A DNA stretch of 59,864 nucleotides, filler included, from Porpidia crustulata (taxonomy: Eukaryota), in NCBI GenBank assembly GCA_964255105.1. It is 2 parts of 2 records of this genome, joined end to end, with 100 filler letters (N's around TTAATTAATTAA, not from the genome) between each part and the next. Parts side by side here need not be neighbours in the genome. Positions count along the whole stretch, not along the records: positions 1 to 29,904 come from CAXUWE010000023.1; positions 30,005 to 59,864 come from CAXUWE010000024.1. One strand, given 5' to 3'. The notes under the pieces are model-generated. The model worked only from the letters and a program-made list of their open reading frames with translations. It ran no database searches and was not told where the DNA came from. The position numbers and the translations under genes are program-made. Positions 19,826 through 30,688 of the stretch are shown here, one piece after another (positions within the stretch are counted from its first letter, which is position 1; every line of letters starts with the position of its first letter).

Positions 19826-21609
19826 ATGGTCACTACCAAGTCCTTGATCGTGGCTTATGGCCTCGCCCTCCTGCCGCTGCTCGTGAGCAGTTCTCCCATC
19901 GTGCCTCGTTATTTTCAGAGAAACCTGTACTCGCGAGACAACATGACTGCAAGCACGGTCAAGACTGAGCTGGGCCGGCAACTTTCAAAAGGCTCGCTGA
20001 TCTTTGGACCTGATAGCGCCCTGTACCCAAATGCCACAGAAAGATGGAATACTCGTATCACGCCTAATGCTCAAGTTGTCGTGCAACCAGCAGCCGAGTC
20101 CGACTTTGCACATATTGTGAGTGGCCTATTCAGGAGATCCTTGAGAATTTGATGATATTCCTGCTGACTCTAGTCAACATAGGTCAAGTACTGTAATGAT
20201 AATAGCTTCGAGTTCCTCGTGAGGAATCGTGGTCATGGAACAACGGACTCCTTGTCAACTTTCTCTGGTATAGAAATCAATGTGGAAATGCTTACGGGCG
20301 TTACTATTCAGCCGGATAAGAAGACTGCTATACTCCAAGCAGGAACATTTATAGGTGAAGTCATAAACAAGCTTTGGGACCAGGGCTTTGTTGCCGGTAA
20401 GCGCTCTTTTACTCATTGAAAAGTTTCACCACTGATATTGATTTCGCTAGCCACTGGATCCGCAGGATGCGTTGGACTGATGGGTGCAGCACTGGGTGGT
20501 GGCCACGGGCGTTATGAGGGCCTCTACGGCTTGGTCCTGGATAACATTGTGCATTACAATGTTGTCTTGGCAGATGGCACAGAGCTCGGTGTAAATGAGA
20601 CAAGCCACCCGGATCTTCTCTATGCCTTGAAAGGGGCTGGTCACAACTTTGCCATCGTCACCAGTGTTGTGGAGAAGATTTATCCTCGGGAAAATTGGTA
20701 CCAGAAGACCTACACTTGGACGCAGGATAAGCTGGAGACTGTATTTGAAGCGCTGAACAAGTTCCACAAAAGTGCCAATGGCACCACACCTGTCAGGATG
20801 GGTGTCAGCTACGGGTCCATCATTATGAATACGTCCATTAGCACTACTGAAGTGAGTAGTCTTTTACCTCCACTTCAAGATTATTGCTGATTATGACCAG
20901 GCAGTGCTAGAGTGGGGCTTTGAATACGCCGGCCCTGCTGCTGACGCGGAAAAGCTCCTGGGACCATTCAATGCCATCAAGGCTATCCAAGTGGGCTCGG
21001 GCGAAGCCTCATACCCCGTTATATCTGGAGCCGACTATACCTTTTGTCCTGGCGCCAAGCGAGCCATCGCCAGTGTCATGACACTGGAGTATAACGCTAC
21101 AACAGAACGTGCGCTCTATAATCTTTTCAACAAGAACATAGCCAAGTACCCTGCACTCATTCCCTCCGCCTATCTTTGGCACGAAGGCTACGCGACTGCC
21201 GGCATGCAGGCCATACCTTCCGCCTCCACCGCCTACCCTCACCGCGAAGAAAACCATTTGCTGTAAGTCGTCCCCGGTCTGTGCGATGGGCACGTCTTAT
21301 TGTACATGTGATCAGGGAGATTAATTTTGTATCTACAGGGTCTTCTTCAGCGAAGTTCCGGCAGGGTCTGGCCTGACGGACGCGGCAGAGGCGTGGGCCC
21401 AGGAGAACCGGAGACTTTGGAACGCCGGCCAGCCCAACCGTCAGCCACAGACGTATGTGAATTACGCCCAGGGTAAAGACTACGAGACGCCTCAATCCGT
21501 CTATGGTTATGAACCATGGCGCTTGGACAAACTGCGCTCGCTCAAGGCGAAATACGATCCACATAACCGTTTCCGCTTCTTTGAGCCTATTGTATCTGGT
21601 TCGTCATAG
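19826..21609 (+). CDS. Secreted FAD-linked oxidoreductase (FAD_binding_4 plus berberine-bridge-enzyme-like C-terminus), about 5 exons
   Basis: Signal peptide MVTTKSLIVAYGLALLPLLVSS. RNRGHG carries the covalent-flavin His. Also CVGLMGAALGGGHGRYEGLYG, GAGHNFAIVT and YVNYAQG...WRLDKLRSLKAKYDPHNRF. Confidence 0.93.
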
Positions 21610-21671
21610 GTTCGACCCGCGGGGGGACTGCTTATTTCTTTGGAGCATGGTATATAACGGAGGCGATAATT

Positions 21672-21768
21672 TCATAGTTTTGTATTGGTACGGCATAGAT
21701 TGAAACCGCGGCAGACTGCTCATATTTTTGTATTGGTACGACATAGATTGTAAACTGCAGCGGGCTGC
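21672..21768. repeat. ~48-bp tandem duplication in the 3' flank of the oxidase gene
   Basis: tcata(g/t)ttttgtattggtacg(g/a)catagattg x2. Confidence 0.7.
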
Positions 21769-21825
21769 TCATTTCTTGAAGCATGTATGCAATCATCTCA
21801 TAGATTTGTATCATAGAACGTTCAT

Positions 21826-21980
21826 TTTTTTTTTTTTTTTTTTAAAATTAATAAAAATTTTTAAAAGAATTTTAAATTAAACAAAANNNNNNNNNNGGCT
21901 TTTCATTTTTTTAATCATTTTTTCAATCATATTATTTTTTTTTTTTTTTTTATTTTTTTTTTTTTTTTTTTTTTTTTTTG
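21826..21980. other. Assembly gap (10 N at 21887-21896) flanked by poly-T, low-complexity sequence
   Basis: N run with homopolymer flanks. Confidence 0.95.
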
Positions 21981-22304
21981 ACAGTTATAGACATTTTTAA
22001 AAGCATATTTAAGTATCCACAATCACATTGATATTTTCTCACTCGCTCGACTGATTTCGCTGGCCATTGACCCGTATAAGCCACCGAGTAAACTATCCTA
22101 TTCTCTCATCAGGTCTATGTACGCCACCACAAATCCCACTGATTGCCGAAATTCAGAGAGATCTGAGCCCTGAGATGACAATTCGCAACCTTATCTAATC
22201 CAGCACCAATCGAGGACAATCAGATATCTATTCAGTGCCGGGCCGGGCATTTTTCCAATCGGACTGTCAATGTGATGAAGGGCAATGGCAAGGGAGTGGA
22301 GAGG

Positions 22305-22486
22305 TAAGAGTATAGATCACAAGTCATGCATAGAGGGAAAATTTTAGGGTTATTTTTTACTAGCAAAACACTAACAAATTAAACCCAAATTCTGCTCCGC
22401 AAGTCAACCTATGTTTACTTTCGGGACTTGGTTAAAATAACCCTAACATTTCCCCTCTATGCATGACTTAATGATCTATACTCTTA
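22305..22486. mobile_element. Tc1/mariner-type MITE (~55-bp TIRs, TA target-site duplication)
   Basis: TA-agagtatagatcacaagtcatgcatagagggaaaattttagggttatttt ... aaaataaccctaacatttcccctctatgcatgacttaatgatctatactct-TA. Confidence 0.85.
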
Positions 22487-22678
22487 CAAAAGGGTGAATG
22501 TATACCAGGATTTATCAAACTCTGGTAAACCCAGTTACGTCAATCGATATCTGGAATTGAGATGCTCGAGATGTAATTCAGTCTCGCGGAGTCTATTAAT
22601 GGATGTACAGCGTACACCCATGTCGATAAATATATCTAATTCAAGTGTATCTAATTCAACTGATCCGGACCTCTGAAT

Positions 22679-23656
22679 TTACACCCACTGCTTATTTCCG
22701 AAATGCGAGACGAATGCACCGGCATACCCAGACTCGATGCTGGCCCTCTCCCAGAGGTCCCTGATAGTCTGAACGGCTCCTTCGACGGGGACTGGACCCT
22801 TGAAGTGAGGCGCGTAGGTTTGAGCCCTGCCCACGAATTTCATCAACCCCTCGGTCTGTTTTGGAGACACTGTGGGAACATTTTAGTAAAATGTTCGGAT
22901 GTTTCTCGGGAACGGAGGTACATACGGTCGCCAAAGTGGCCCACTTCCACCACTCCCGGGCTCAAACTGAAGACGAGCACGCCGTCTTTCTTGTATTGTG
23001 CGCTGAACTTGGCCACAATGATGTTCAAGGCCGCCTTGGAGGCAGCGTACAAGGCAGAATTCTCAATGTCGAAACCGTTGATGAATTCAAGATCGGCATG
23101 ACCACTGGTGATGGCGATGACCTTCTTGGTCTTGCTCTTCAATACAAGAGGCATGAAAAGGTTGAAGAAGTGGATGTTACCGGTGACATTGGTCTTGAAT
23201 AGTTTGTCTGCAATGTCGTCGAGCTCCTCATGCTGTTCGCCTCTGTGAAACAAACATCGTTAACCTCAAATAGTAATCAGAGGGAAGTAGACCTACAATT
23301 CACCAATAGCTGAATAAGCGTCGAACTGGGCGGGGAAACCTGCGTTGCCGACAAGGTAGTCAATGCCACGCTCGCCAACGATCTTGGCAGTCTCGGCAGC
23401 GGCTTGCTTCAGACTGGCATAGTTGGTGAGGTCTCCATGGACGATGTGGACGTTGGAACGCTTGCCCAGGTCTGTTGTCACCTTCTGTTCAGTGGCGGCC
23501 TTGTTACGGACCAAACCGACGACCAGGTTCTGCGGGTCTTCGGAGATGCTCTTGAGGAAGCCAAACTAGGCCAGATTAGACAGAGGCCAGGCGCGACCAG
23601 GCAGGCATACTCACGCCGATTCCGCTGGACACCCCGGTAATTACATAGACAGACAT
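22679..23656 (-). CDS. Short-chain dehydrogenase/reductase, about 4 exons
   Basis: Exon 1 MSVYVITGVSSGIG (TGxxxGxG), IDYLVGNAG, catalytic YAASK, LSPGVVE, and end FVSHFGNKQWV. Confidence 0.92.
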
Positions 23657-24099
23657 GTTGAGTGATTCGAACTTGAAATGGGTGCGAGTTGGTGCGAGTT
23701 GGTGCAAGTAAAATGGTGTGGAATGCGATGGGTTGAGTTACCAAGTTCAACTAGCTCCTAATATATGGCACGAAGCATGCACGGGGTGCTGAATAATGAG
23801 ATGGCTGCCTTGATTCACATTCTTGATTAATAATGTGGACATTCTTGATTAATAATTCGGACAGTTGCCTGGAGTCTCACTTCGCATGGCACCTGCATCT
23901 GCATTGAGTGGCACAGTGGTAGCTGCCTCACGGAATCGTCAGCTCCTTCTCAATCACATCCCGTCGCACGCCATGCAATGGCCATGCAATGAGAACCCTG
24001 CTCTGCTGTTGGGTGGGTTTTGGTGTATCAGTACCTATTTTACCTGTCCTTGCTGCCTCGGAATGTTTGGTGGCAACGGCGCTAAGAGGCTCTGTGAAC

Positions 24100-24310
24100 C
24101 GACTAACCCATATTGGAACATGCAGGTGAGATCGGACAAACACGACGGAGCAAGTAAACTCTCCGCTCGAGTCAGATTGCCAGACGGCATCCACCAGTTG
24201 TTTCTGACCCATATTGGACTGGTTTGCATGATGCAGATAAGATCGGAAAAGCGCCACGGAGCAATTAAAATCTTAGCTCTGGGTATGCAGGTCAGACCGC
24301 CAGACGGCTT
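24100..24310. promoter_or_regulatory. Duplicated ~110-bp promoter block with two CGG-N10-CGG motifs in the divergent SDR/P450 promoter
   Basis: gatCGGacaaacacgaCGGagcaa (24133-24148) and gatCGGaaaagcgccaCGGagcaa (24244-24259). Flanks acccatattgga and gccagacggc are also duplicated. Confidence 0.5.
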
Positions 24311-24721
24311 GTGGGCAGTTATGAGAGATAGGCTGCGCACTCAGGAGAAGTATCCGAGCCTTGCCGGGCAAAGTGGCTCCTGCCGCTGACAGGGGGCAAA
24401 ATCCTGGATTTAGCTTGCATGGGACTCCCACCCCCTTCCGAGGAATAACACCATCTTCTTGACCGCTACAAAGTAAGAAGATCCAGCCATAATGGCACTG
24501 TGAGCCATGTCATGCAAACCTTGGGTGTGCAACTTGGGAGCTTGCCTGGAAATACTAAAGAGTGATCTACAGCCAAGCGAGCATCATCCGCTAAATTGAC
24601 CTCTATCTATGCCCATCACTATTATCCCTGCGCCGACTATATCACACTTCTTCCTTCCCAATGGCCTGAAAAGTAACGGGACCGCCAGCGGCATCTCATC
24701 TCCTACCTGGCGGCTGCTGTC

Positions 24722-26423
24722 ATGTATTCGATCGAAAGCTCGTACTACCCCTTTCTGGGACTTTTTCTTTTTTTATGCAGCAGCTGTGTAGCACTCGTTC
24801 AATTCTTGAAACCCACCGACTTGAAACGGTCCGGTGGCAGGAAGAGATGGGCAATGCCACCAGGGCCACCAGGCCTACCAGTCTTAGGAAACTTGTGGCA
24901 GATGATGCAAGCCCGCCGAGGCGGAGCCCTTTCTTTCAATGAGTGGGTGAGTTTCAAACCTGTCGAACACAAGCACGTGCCTGGATCTGAACGTCCTGCA
25001 GCTATCCTCCTTGATACCGTATGGTGAAATGGTGACGCTTCATATGGGATCTAAGACTTGGATTGTGCTCAACTCGGACCGCGTCGTCTCGGAGCTCATA
25101 GCCAAGCGAGGGAAGATTACCAACGAGAGACCCCAGATGCCCATCGCGAGTGATCTTGTGAGCAATGGAAAGCGCACAGTCATAAGGCAAGAAGAAGAAT
25201 GGCGAGAGGGACGCCGCGTGATGCATCAGCTGCTCAGCGGCTCGAATCTCCAGGTCTACGCTGGCATGCAGGAGCTCGAGAGCGTGGACATGCTGCGCCG
25301 ATATGTTCGGGAGCCCAACCTGTGGTTTTCTCACAACTTTCGATATGCCACGTCCGTTCTTTACAGAATCGTCATGGGCTACCCATTGAACAAGACCAGA
25401 GCGGCGCTAGATGACTATCAGAGGGTGACAATCGAGTTTGTCACGACCATCAACCGTAGTTATGTGGATTTCTTCCCTTCGCTTAGCAAGCTACCCCATC
25501 TCCTACAACCTTGGCGGCATTACTGGGCTCAGATGGGCTCGTTCCATCGCCGTGTCTTTCAGCAATGGTGGGACCCCATCAGAGCGGCCGTGAGTAAGGG
25601 CTCGGCGCCGCCCTCGTTTGTCCGCGACGTTCTTCTAAATCCGGATACAAAGTACTCTGGCGATGATGAAGAGGCCATGTATCTGGCTACGTCTGTCATG
25701 GCAGCTGGTGGTGACAACACACGCATGACGATCAACACATTCATTATGGCCATGATCACGCACCCCGAAGCCCAGGCTCGGGCACGCGAAGAAATCGATC
25801 GAGTGTGCATGAGCGGTCGCTCGCTCAGGCTTCCCCGGATGTCCGATCTTTCGGAAATGCCTTACGTAGCCGCTATGATTAAAGAGACCTTACGTTGGCG
25901 ACCGACCGTCCCCATCGTTCCACCCCACCAAGTCACCGAGAACCTTGAGTTTGATGGGCACTTCATCCCTGCCGGCACAGTCTTACTGATCAATTCGATA
26001 GCACTGTCGAGCGAATTTGAGAATGCCCATGAGTTCCAGCCGGAGAGATGGATTGATGGCTCGGAAGCCAGAACGACAAATAACTTCTGGGGGTTCGGGG
26101 GCGGCCGTCGGATCTGCGTCGGCTGGAAGGTTGCGGAGCAAGCTTTATTCATTTCATTTGCTCGTTTGCTTTACTGTTTCGAATTGAGTCCGGTTTGTTC
26201 ACCTTTGCCTCTGGTCCATCACCTTGGTTCTGAGCGACGGATCACTAACGCATGAGATGTCTAGCGCGGGCCTATCGACAGCGAGAGACTCAACCACCAA
26301 ACTGTCAACGAGCCATTCCCTGTCAAGGCCACCGTTCGCAGCGCCGAACACGCATCGCTCATCGAGGAGGAAGCATCCAAGTACGAAGCTTCATTCTCTA
26401 AATTCGGGTCGAGGGCCAAGTGA
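24722..26423 (+). CDS. Cytochrome P450 monooxygenase (aromatic-substrate type), 3 exons
   Basis: TM helix, MPPGPPGLPVLGN, I-helix AAGGDNT, KETLRWRP, FQPERW, heme motif FGGGRRICVG. Last exon ends ...FGSRAK with TGA at 26421-26423. Confidence 0.95.
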
Positions 26424-28166
26424 GCCTGATTTAGCATGTTCAGCAATGCACAACGTGGTAGAGCATGGTATGGTATAAGCGTCACGGCCAGATCAAACCT
26501 GAGAGGACTTCTAGAAAGAAAAGTTAGCCATGGACATCCGACTGCCCAATTCAATCAAGACAGAAGTCGTTCCAAACCGAAATTGTATAGATCTGTCAAC
26601 GGGGTGGTCATGAAGTGATAGCGGCTACATTGAAGAATGCCGGCACCTAACCTTCGCTCGATCCGGATGATTAGCACCTATACATAATCGTACAAGAGGT
26701 CAATCACTGTCGTCTATGCCACCGAGATTCTGCCCCACTAGTCTGATCAAGGCCTGAACAAATATGCCGCGTCTCCATGGCCCCTGTTACAGCTCTAGGG
26801 CTCCCATCGGTCGAGATGCGTGCGTACGCATCCTGGAGCTGACGCTTGTCCGTCTCAGCGGGTGGTGTCATAGAAGCCGACTCAGACAATTTCAAAGGTG
26901 GCAGATTGGGATTATTCAACAGATGATACATCTGATTCGCTATCAAATTTATTTATATATACCGAATGCGCATTCTCAAGACATGTCTTGAGATGGTGAA
27001 GAGCCCCTTGAAGGGAAAAATCTTGAAAATGCCGGTCCACTGAAACTCAATTTCCCAGTAATCATTTTCATGAAACGTAGCAAATCTACCACGATCTGGT
27101 CCGTCCTCGGTTTTTTGGCTGGGCAAAGCATGCAGAATCCCTTCGGGTCCCTTCGGGTCCATTCGGGGTAGACTGAGCTTTCCCTACATCTTCTTGCTAC
27201 CTGCGTGCGGGATCATTAATGTTGAGCGGGAGGACCCAAATGCGAGCAAGGCAGGAGCCCCGTTTCCGGTCCCGTTTGAACCCATCGGTGAGTGGTCGAC
27301 CACCAAGGAGGGTGACACAAAAGTCAGTGGAGTCAGGCCCTTTCGAGACATCTCCAGCTCAGGTCTCACCCGCAATCTACCTACGGATGAAGAAACTACG
27401 GGCGCGCATGAGGGAACTGCTATGACGTTGTGATCGGCTATTTGAAGTTGGTGATGAAACTAAGGTATTAAATCGTGCTGATGATGATGATGGCTTCATG
27501 TGGTTAGCAAAAATTTCGATGTTTTGGTGGGATTGAAGATAGCGCGGTAGAGCTGACTCCCTTGACTTTTGTCATCCTCTGTGCCACCAGACTGTTGGAC
27601 GGCAACGTGTCAGCCCAGCTCGCTACGGACCGTTATCTTGGGCGCGAAAAAACCATGTCATAGCTAATGCATTGTCACTTGGTTGATGCGACTAGCTTGA
27701 TATCTAATGCAAGCACACCGAGTATCAACAATCTCTTTCCCAAAACTCCGATCCGCCTCTCACTTGCATATTCGTTCCAAACGTTATTCAACGGAGGCTT
27801 GGTGATCGCTGCTGTTAGGCCCTGTTGGTGCTGTGTGATATCCCATAGTTACTAAGCTGCCAAGCTTTGTGCATTTACCACTTAGTTAGCATTTCTTTTG
27901 TATGTGAAATACGAGCAACCGATATACTACTCAAGTGGCTGAATAATAGCCCCCTAACCTGATCAATTGTTGGCCGGATTGAATGTAAATTATATGGAGA
28001 TGCTGCGATGCAGACTAGGCGCCATTTGCCTTATCGAGGGACGATCCCCGAAGACGTTAAACATCATCAATTACTCTTTGTTGTCCTTTCCGGAACTCAT
28101 CTGTTCTTTTTTTCAAGGGCTCATACTATCAATATTATTAGATGCTGATGTGATAGAGCTTTCACT

Positions 28167-29573
28167 ATGGCTTCTTCAATCACTTCGAACGGTGTGGGCC
28201 ACGCGGCTAAGGCTCTACCGATCCTGGATGAGGTCAATCAAGAGATCCGTTCTGATGGTGAGGACCGAGCCTTCTGGTGGGAAACCATGTCCGGAACTCT
28301 GGCCACGCTCCTCCAGGCAAATCAATACAGCGATGAAGCGCAACGTCACTATCTCCGTTGGTTTCAGAAATGGGTTCCCCCGGCTCTGGGGCCACGTCCT
28401 GTCAACGGCAAACCCTATTACGGTTCATGGCTAACTCATGATCTGTCGCCCTTCGAATTCAGTATCAACTGGAAAGAGAAGAGTCGCAAACAAATCGTCC
28501 GCTTTACCTTTGAACCAACTACGAAGCAGGCAGGGACAGCCACCGATCCCATCAACCAGCTGGGGACAAAAGAGTTTATGAACACAATCTCGAAAGACGT
28601 ACCGGGTCTGGATCTAATACGATTCAATCAGTTCCTCGAGGCAACCAACGTACCCAGCGATGGCGTGGACGATGCCATAGCAAAGCACCCACCCAACTTC
28701 CCACGGTGCCGCGCCGTCCTCGCCTTCGACCTGGAGCACTCCGGCGACCTCATGGTTAAATCATACTTCCTGCCGCACTGGCGCGGGCTTCAGAGCGGGA
28801 TCCCGGCCAAGACCATCATCTCCGACGCGGTCCGGGCATGCAACGGGCCCGACGGGTTGTCGTACGATGGATCGGTGGATGCCATCATGTCGTACCTGTC
28901 GACGTTCGAAGGGCAGGAGGACGCGCCGCTGGCCTGGCTTCTCGCCAACGACTGCGTGGCCGACACGCCCGGGATGCGCCTCAAGGTCTACATCCTCGCC
29001 GAGGCGGACTCGCTCACCAAGCTCAACGACATGTACACCCTGGGCGGCCGCCTGAAGGGCGTCCGCACCGCCGCCAGTCTCGAGGGCATCCGTGAGTTAT
29101 GGTACCACCTGTTCGGCCTCAGCGGCTTGGACCCAGCCGCTAACGACAAGGTCTGCGTCGACAAGATGAAGTGCGTTTTCGTCTATGAGATGCGCTCCAC
29201 GCACGGCTCGGAGCCCGACCTCGATGTCAAGCTCCACCTTCCAATGTGGCAGCTCGGGAAATCGGATGGGCAGCTTAGCGAGATGATGGCTTCTTGGTTC
29301 GAGAGCCACGGTCATCCTGATCTCGCCGCCAGGTATAAATCCGACTTGAACAAAGCATTGTCCGTCTCCCCCTTTTCTTTCCTTTCCCCACCTTATTGTG
29401 TTTTTCATCAAGTTGGCCCAGAAGCTAACATGTGGTTTCAAAGTCCCAAGCACGGAATTACAGAAAATAAGGGTGTAGGAACCCATACTTGGCTGTCCAT
29501 CACCCACACGCCGAAGACGGGGCTTTATATGACTATGTATCTCAGCCCGAAACTCCCCGAAGTCTACTACTGA
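28167..29573 (+). CDS. DMATS-superfamily (ABBA-fold) aromatic prenyltransferase, one in-frame intron at 29360-29443
   Basis: FWWET, ALGPRP, SPFEFSINW, VRFTFEP, AGTATDPINQ, LAFDL, VKSYF, RLKVY, YTLGGRL, YMTMYLSP. The late intron position is typical of DMATS genes. Confidence 0.95.
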   Translation: MASSITSNGVGHAAKALPILDEVNQEIRSDGEDRAFWWETMSGTLATLLQANQYSDEAQRHYLRWFQKWVPPALGPRPVNGKPYYGSWLTHDLSPFEFSINWKEKSRKQIVRFTFEPTTKQAGTATDPINQLGTKEFMNTISKDVPGLDLIRFNQFLEATNVPSDGVDDAIAKHPPNFPRCRAVLAFDLEHSGDLMVKSYFLPHWRGLQSGIPAKTIISDAVRACNGPDGLSYDGSVDAIMSYLSTFEGQEDAPLAWLLANDCVADTPGMRLKVYILAEADSLTKLNDMYTLGGRLKGVRTAASLEGIRELWYHLFGLSGLDPAANDKVCVDKMKCVFVYEMRSTHGSEPDLDVKLHLPMWQLGKSDGQLSEMMASWFESHGHPDLAARYKSDLNKALSVSPFSFLSPPYCVFHQVGPEANMWFQSPKHGITENKGVGTHTWLSITHTPKTGLYMTMYLSPKLPEVYY

Positions 29574-29904
29574 GTAGCTGGCGGGTGTAACGACTCGGAT
29601 CGTAATTGCCACTGCTCACTGATCATAGTGTGACTGGCGATGGTGGTTCATTACTAGAAGGTGTTGTCGGGGTTGGAAACTGCACCTCGGTGCGGGGCTG
29701 CCTGGACGCCTCACCAATGTATTTAGTCTAGTTTTGCAAGAAACACACCTCTAACTGTGCAAAACTCAATTATGAGACGATGATCACCGAGTGAGCCATA
29801 GCATGCATATGTTCTATCTATTCATGAAATTGGAGTCTTACAGTGGGAACAATTTTATATTGCTAGACAAAGCAGACCTCGCCCACATTCTAAACAGCGA
29901 AAGA

Positions 29905-30004
29905 NNNNNNNNNNNNNNNNNNNNNNNNNNNNNNNNNNNNNNNNNNNNTTAATTAATTAANNNNNNNNNNNNNNNNNNNNNNNNNNNNNNNNNNNNNNNN
30001 NNNN
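29905..30004. other. Artificial contig-joining linker (N44-TTAATTAATTAA-N44, stops in all six frames)
   Basis: Exactly 100 bp with the 12-mer at 29949-29960. Confidence 0.95.
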
Positions 30005-30688
30005 GAAGGAGGAAGAGGAAGGAGATACTGGGTTTTGAGTGAAGCCTTGGCTAACGTGTCGGTGCCGCAGTGCGGAAACAGGTGTTGTTTTTGGAGCAGA
30101 AGAGGGGTGGGAAGTGAGGGATGGACGGACGGTGGATAGGAAATGGAAAGACTTCAAGTGCCGGATGGACGAATCTGCAGCCGGGATAATATAAACTAAG
30201 ATGGTATGGAGGTTCTTGTCGAATACACTGTGGGTGTGCGGACATGAAGATACATCGGACTCGGGGTGGTTGAGTGTGGGTCTCAGGATGGTTTATACAG
30301 CGAAGCTACAGGATACCCTAGGAAATATGCATCAAGCGCAAGGAGTAGGCTTGGTCACTGCTTGGCCTGAACTTTTGGGTCTTGAGCCATGTATTTGAAT
30401 TTTATCTAAGCTCGTTGTGCAACAAGCGATATTAGAGCGACTTGGGCTATATGCCACATGTTCGAGCAGCAAGCATTTCCATGTAATGCGACAAGATATT
30501 GGAGAAGCCATTTTGATACATGTAATATGTGCACGTTAGCAAGCCAGAGAGCAGGCGGTAATTTCTTTTCTGAAACGAGATTTGCTCGGTCACAACCATA
30601 ATCTTGGGTCTGCTTGGCTCTAGATACAACATTGCTTCTGGCAGCGTCCCAACGAGCCAGGACAGCGGCGATACTGACCCAGTGACAG

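Noticed and set aside
23865..24389. 174-aa ORF in the SDR/P450 intergenic region
   Set aside because: Non-ATG start, overlaps a duplicated promoter block, and has no domain features.
26704..27500. Possible small extra cluster gene between P450 #2 and DMATS
   Set aside because: Only short ORFs with no motif, and I could not build a consistent spliced model.
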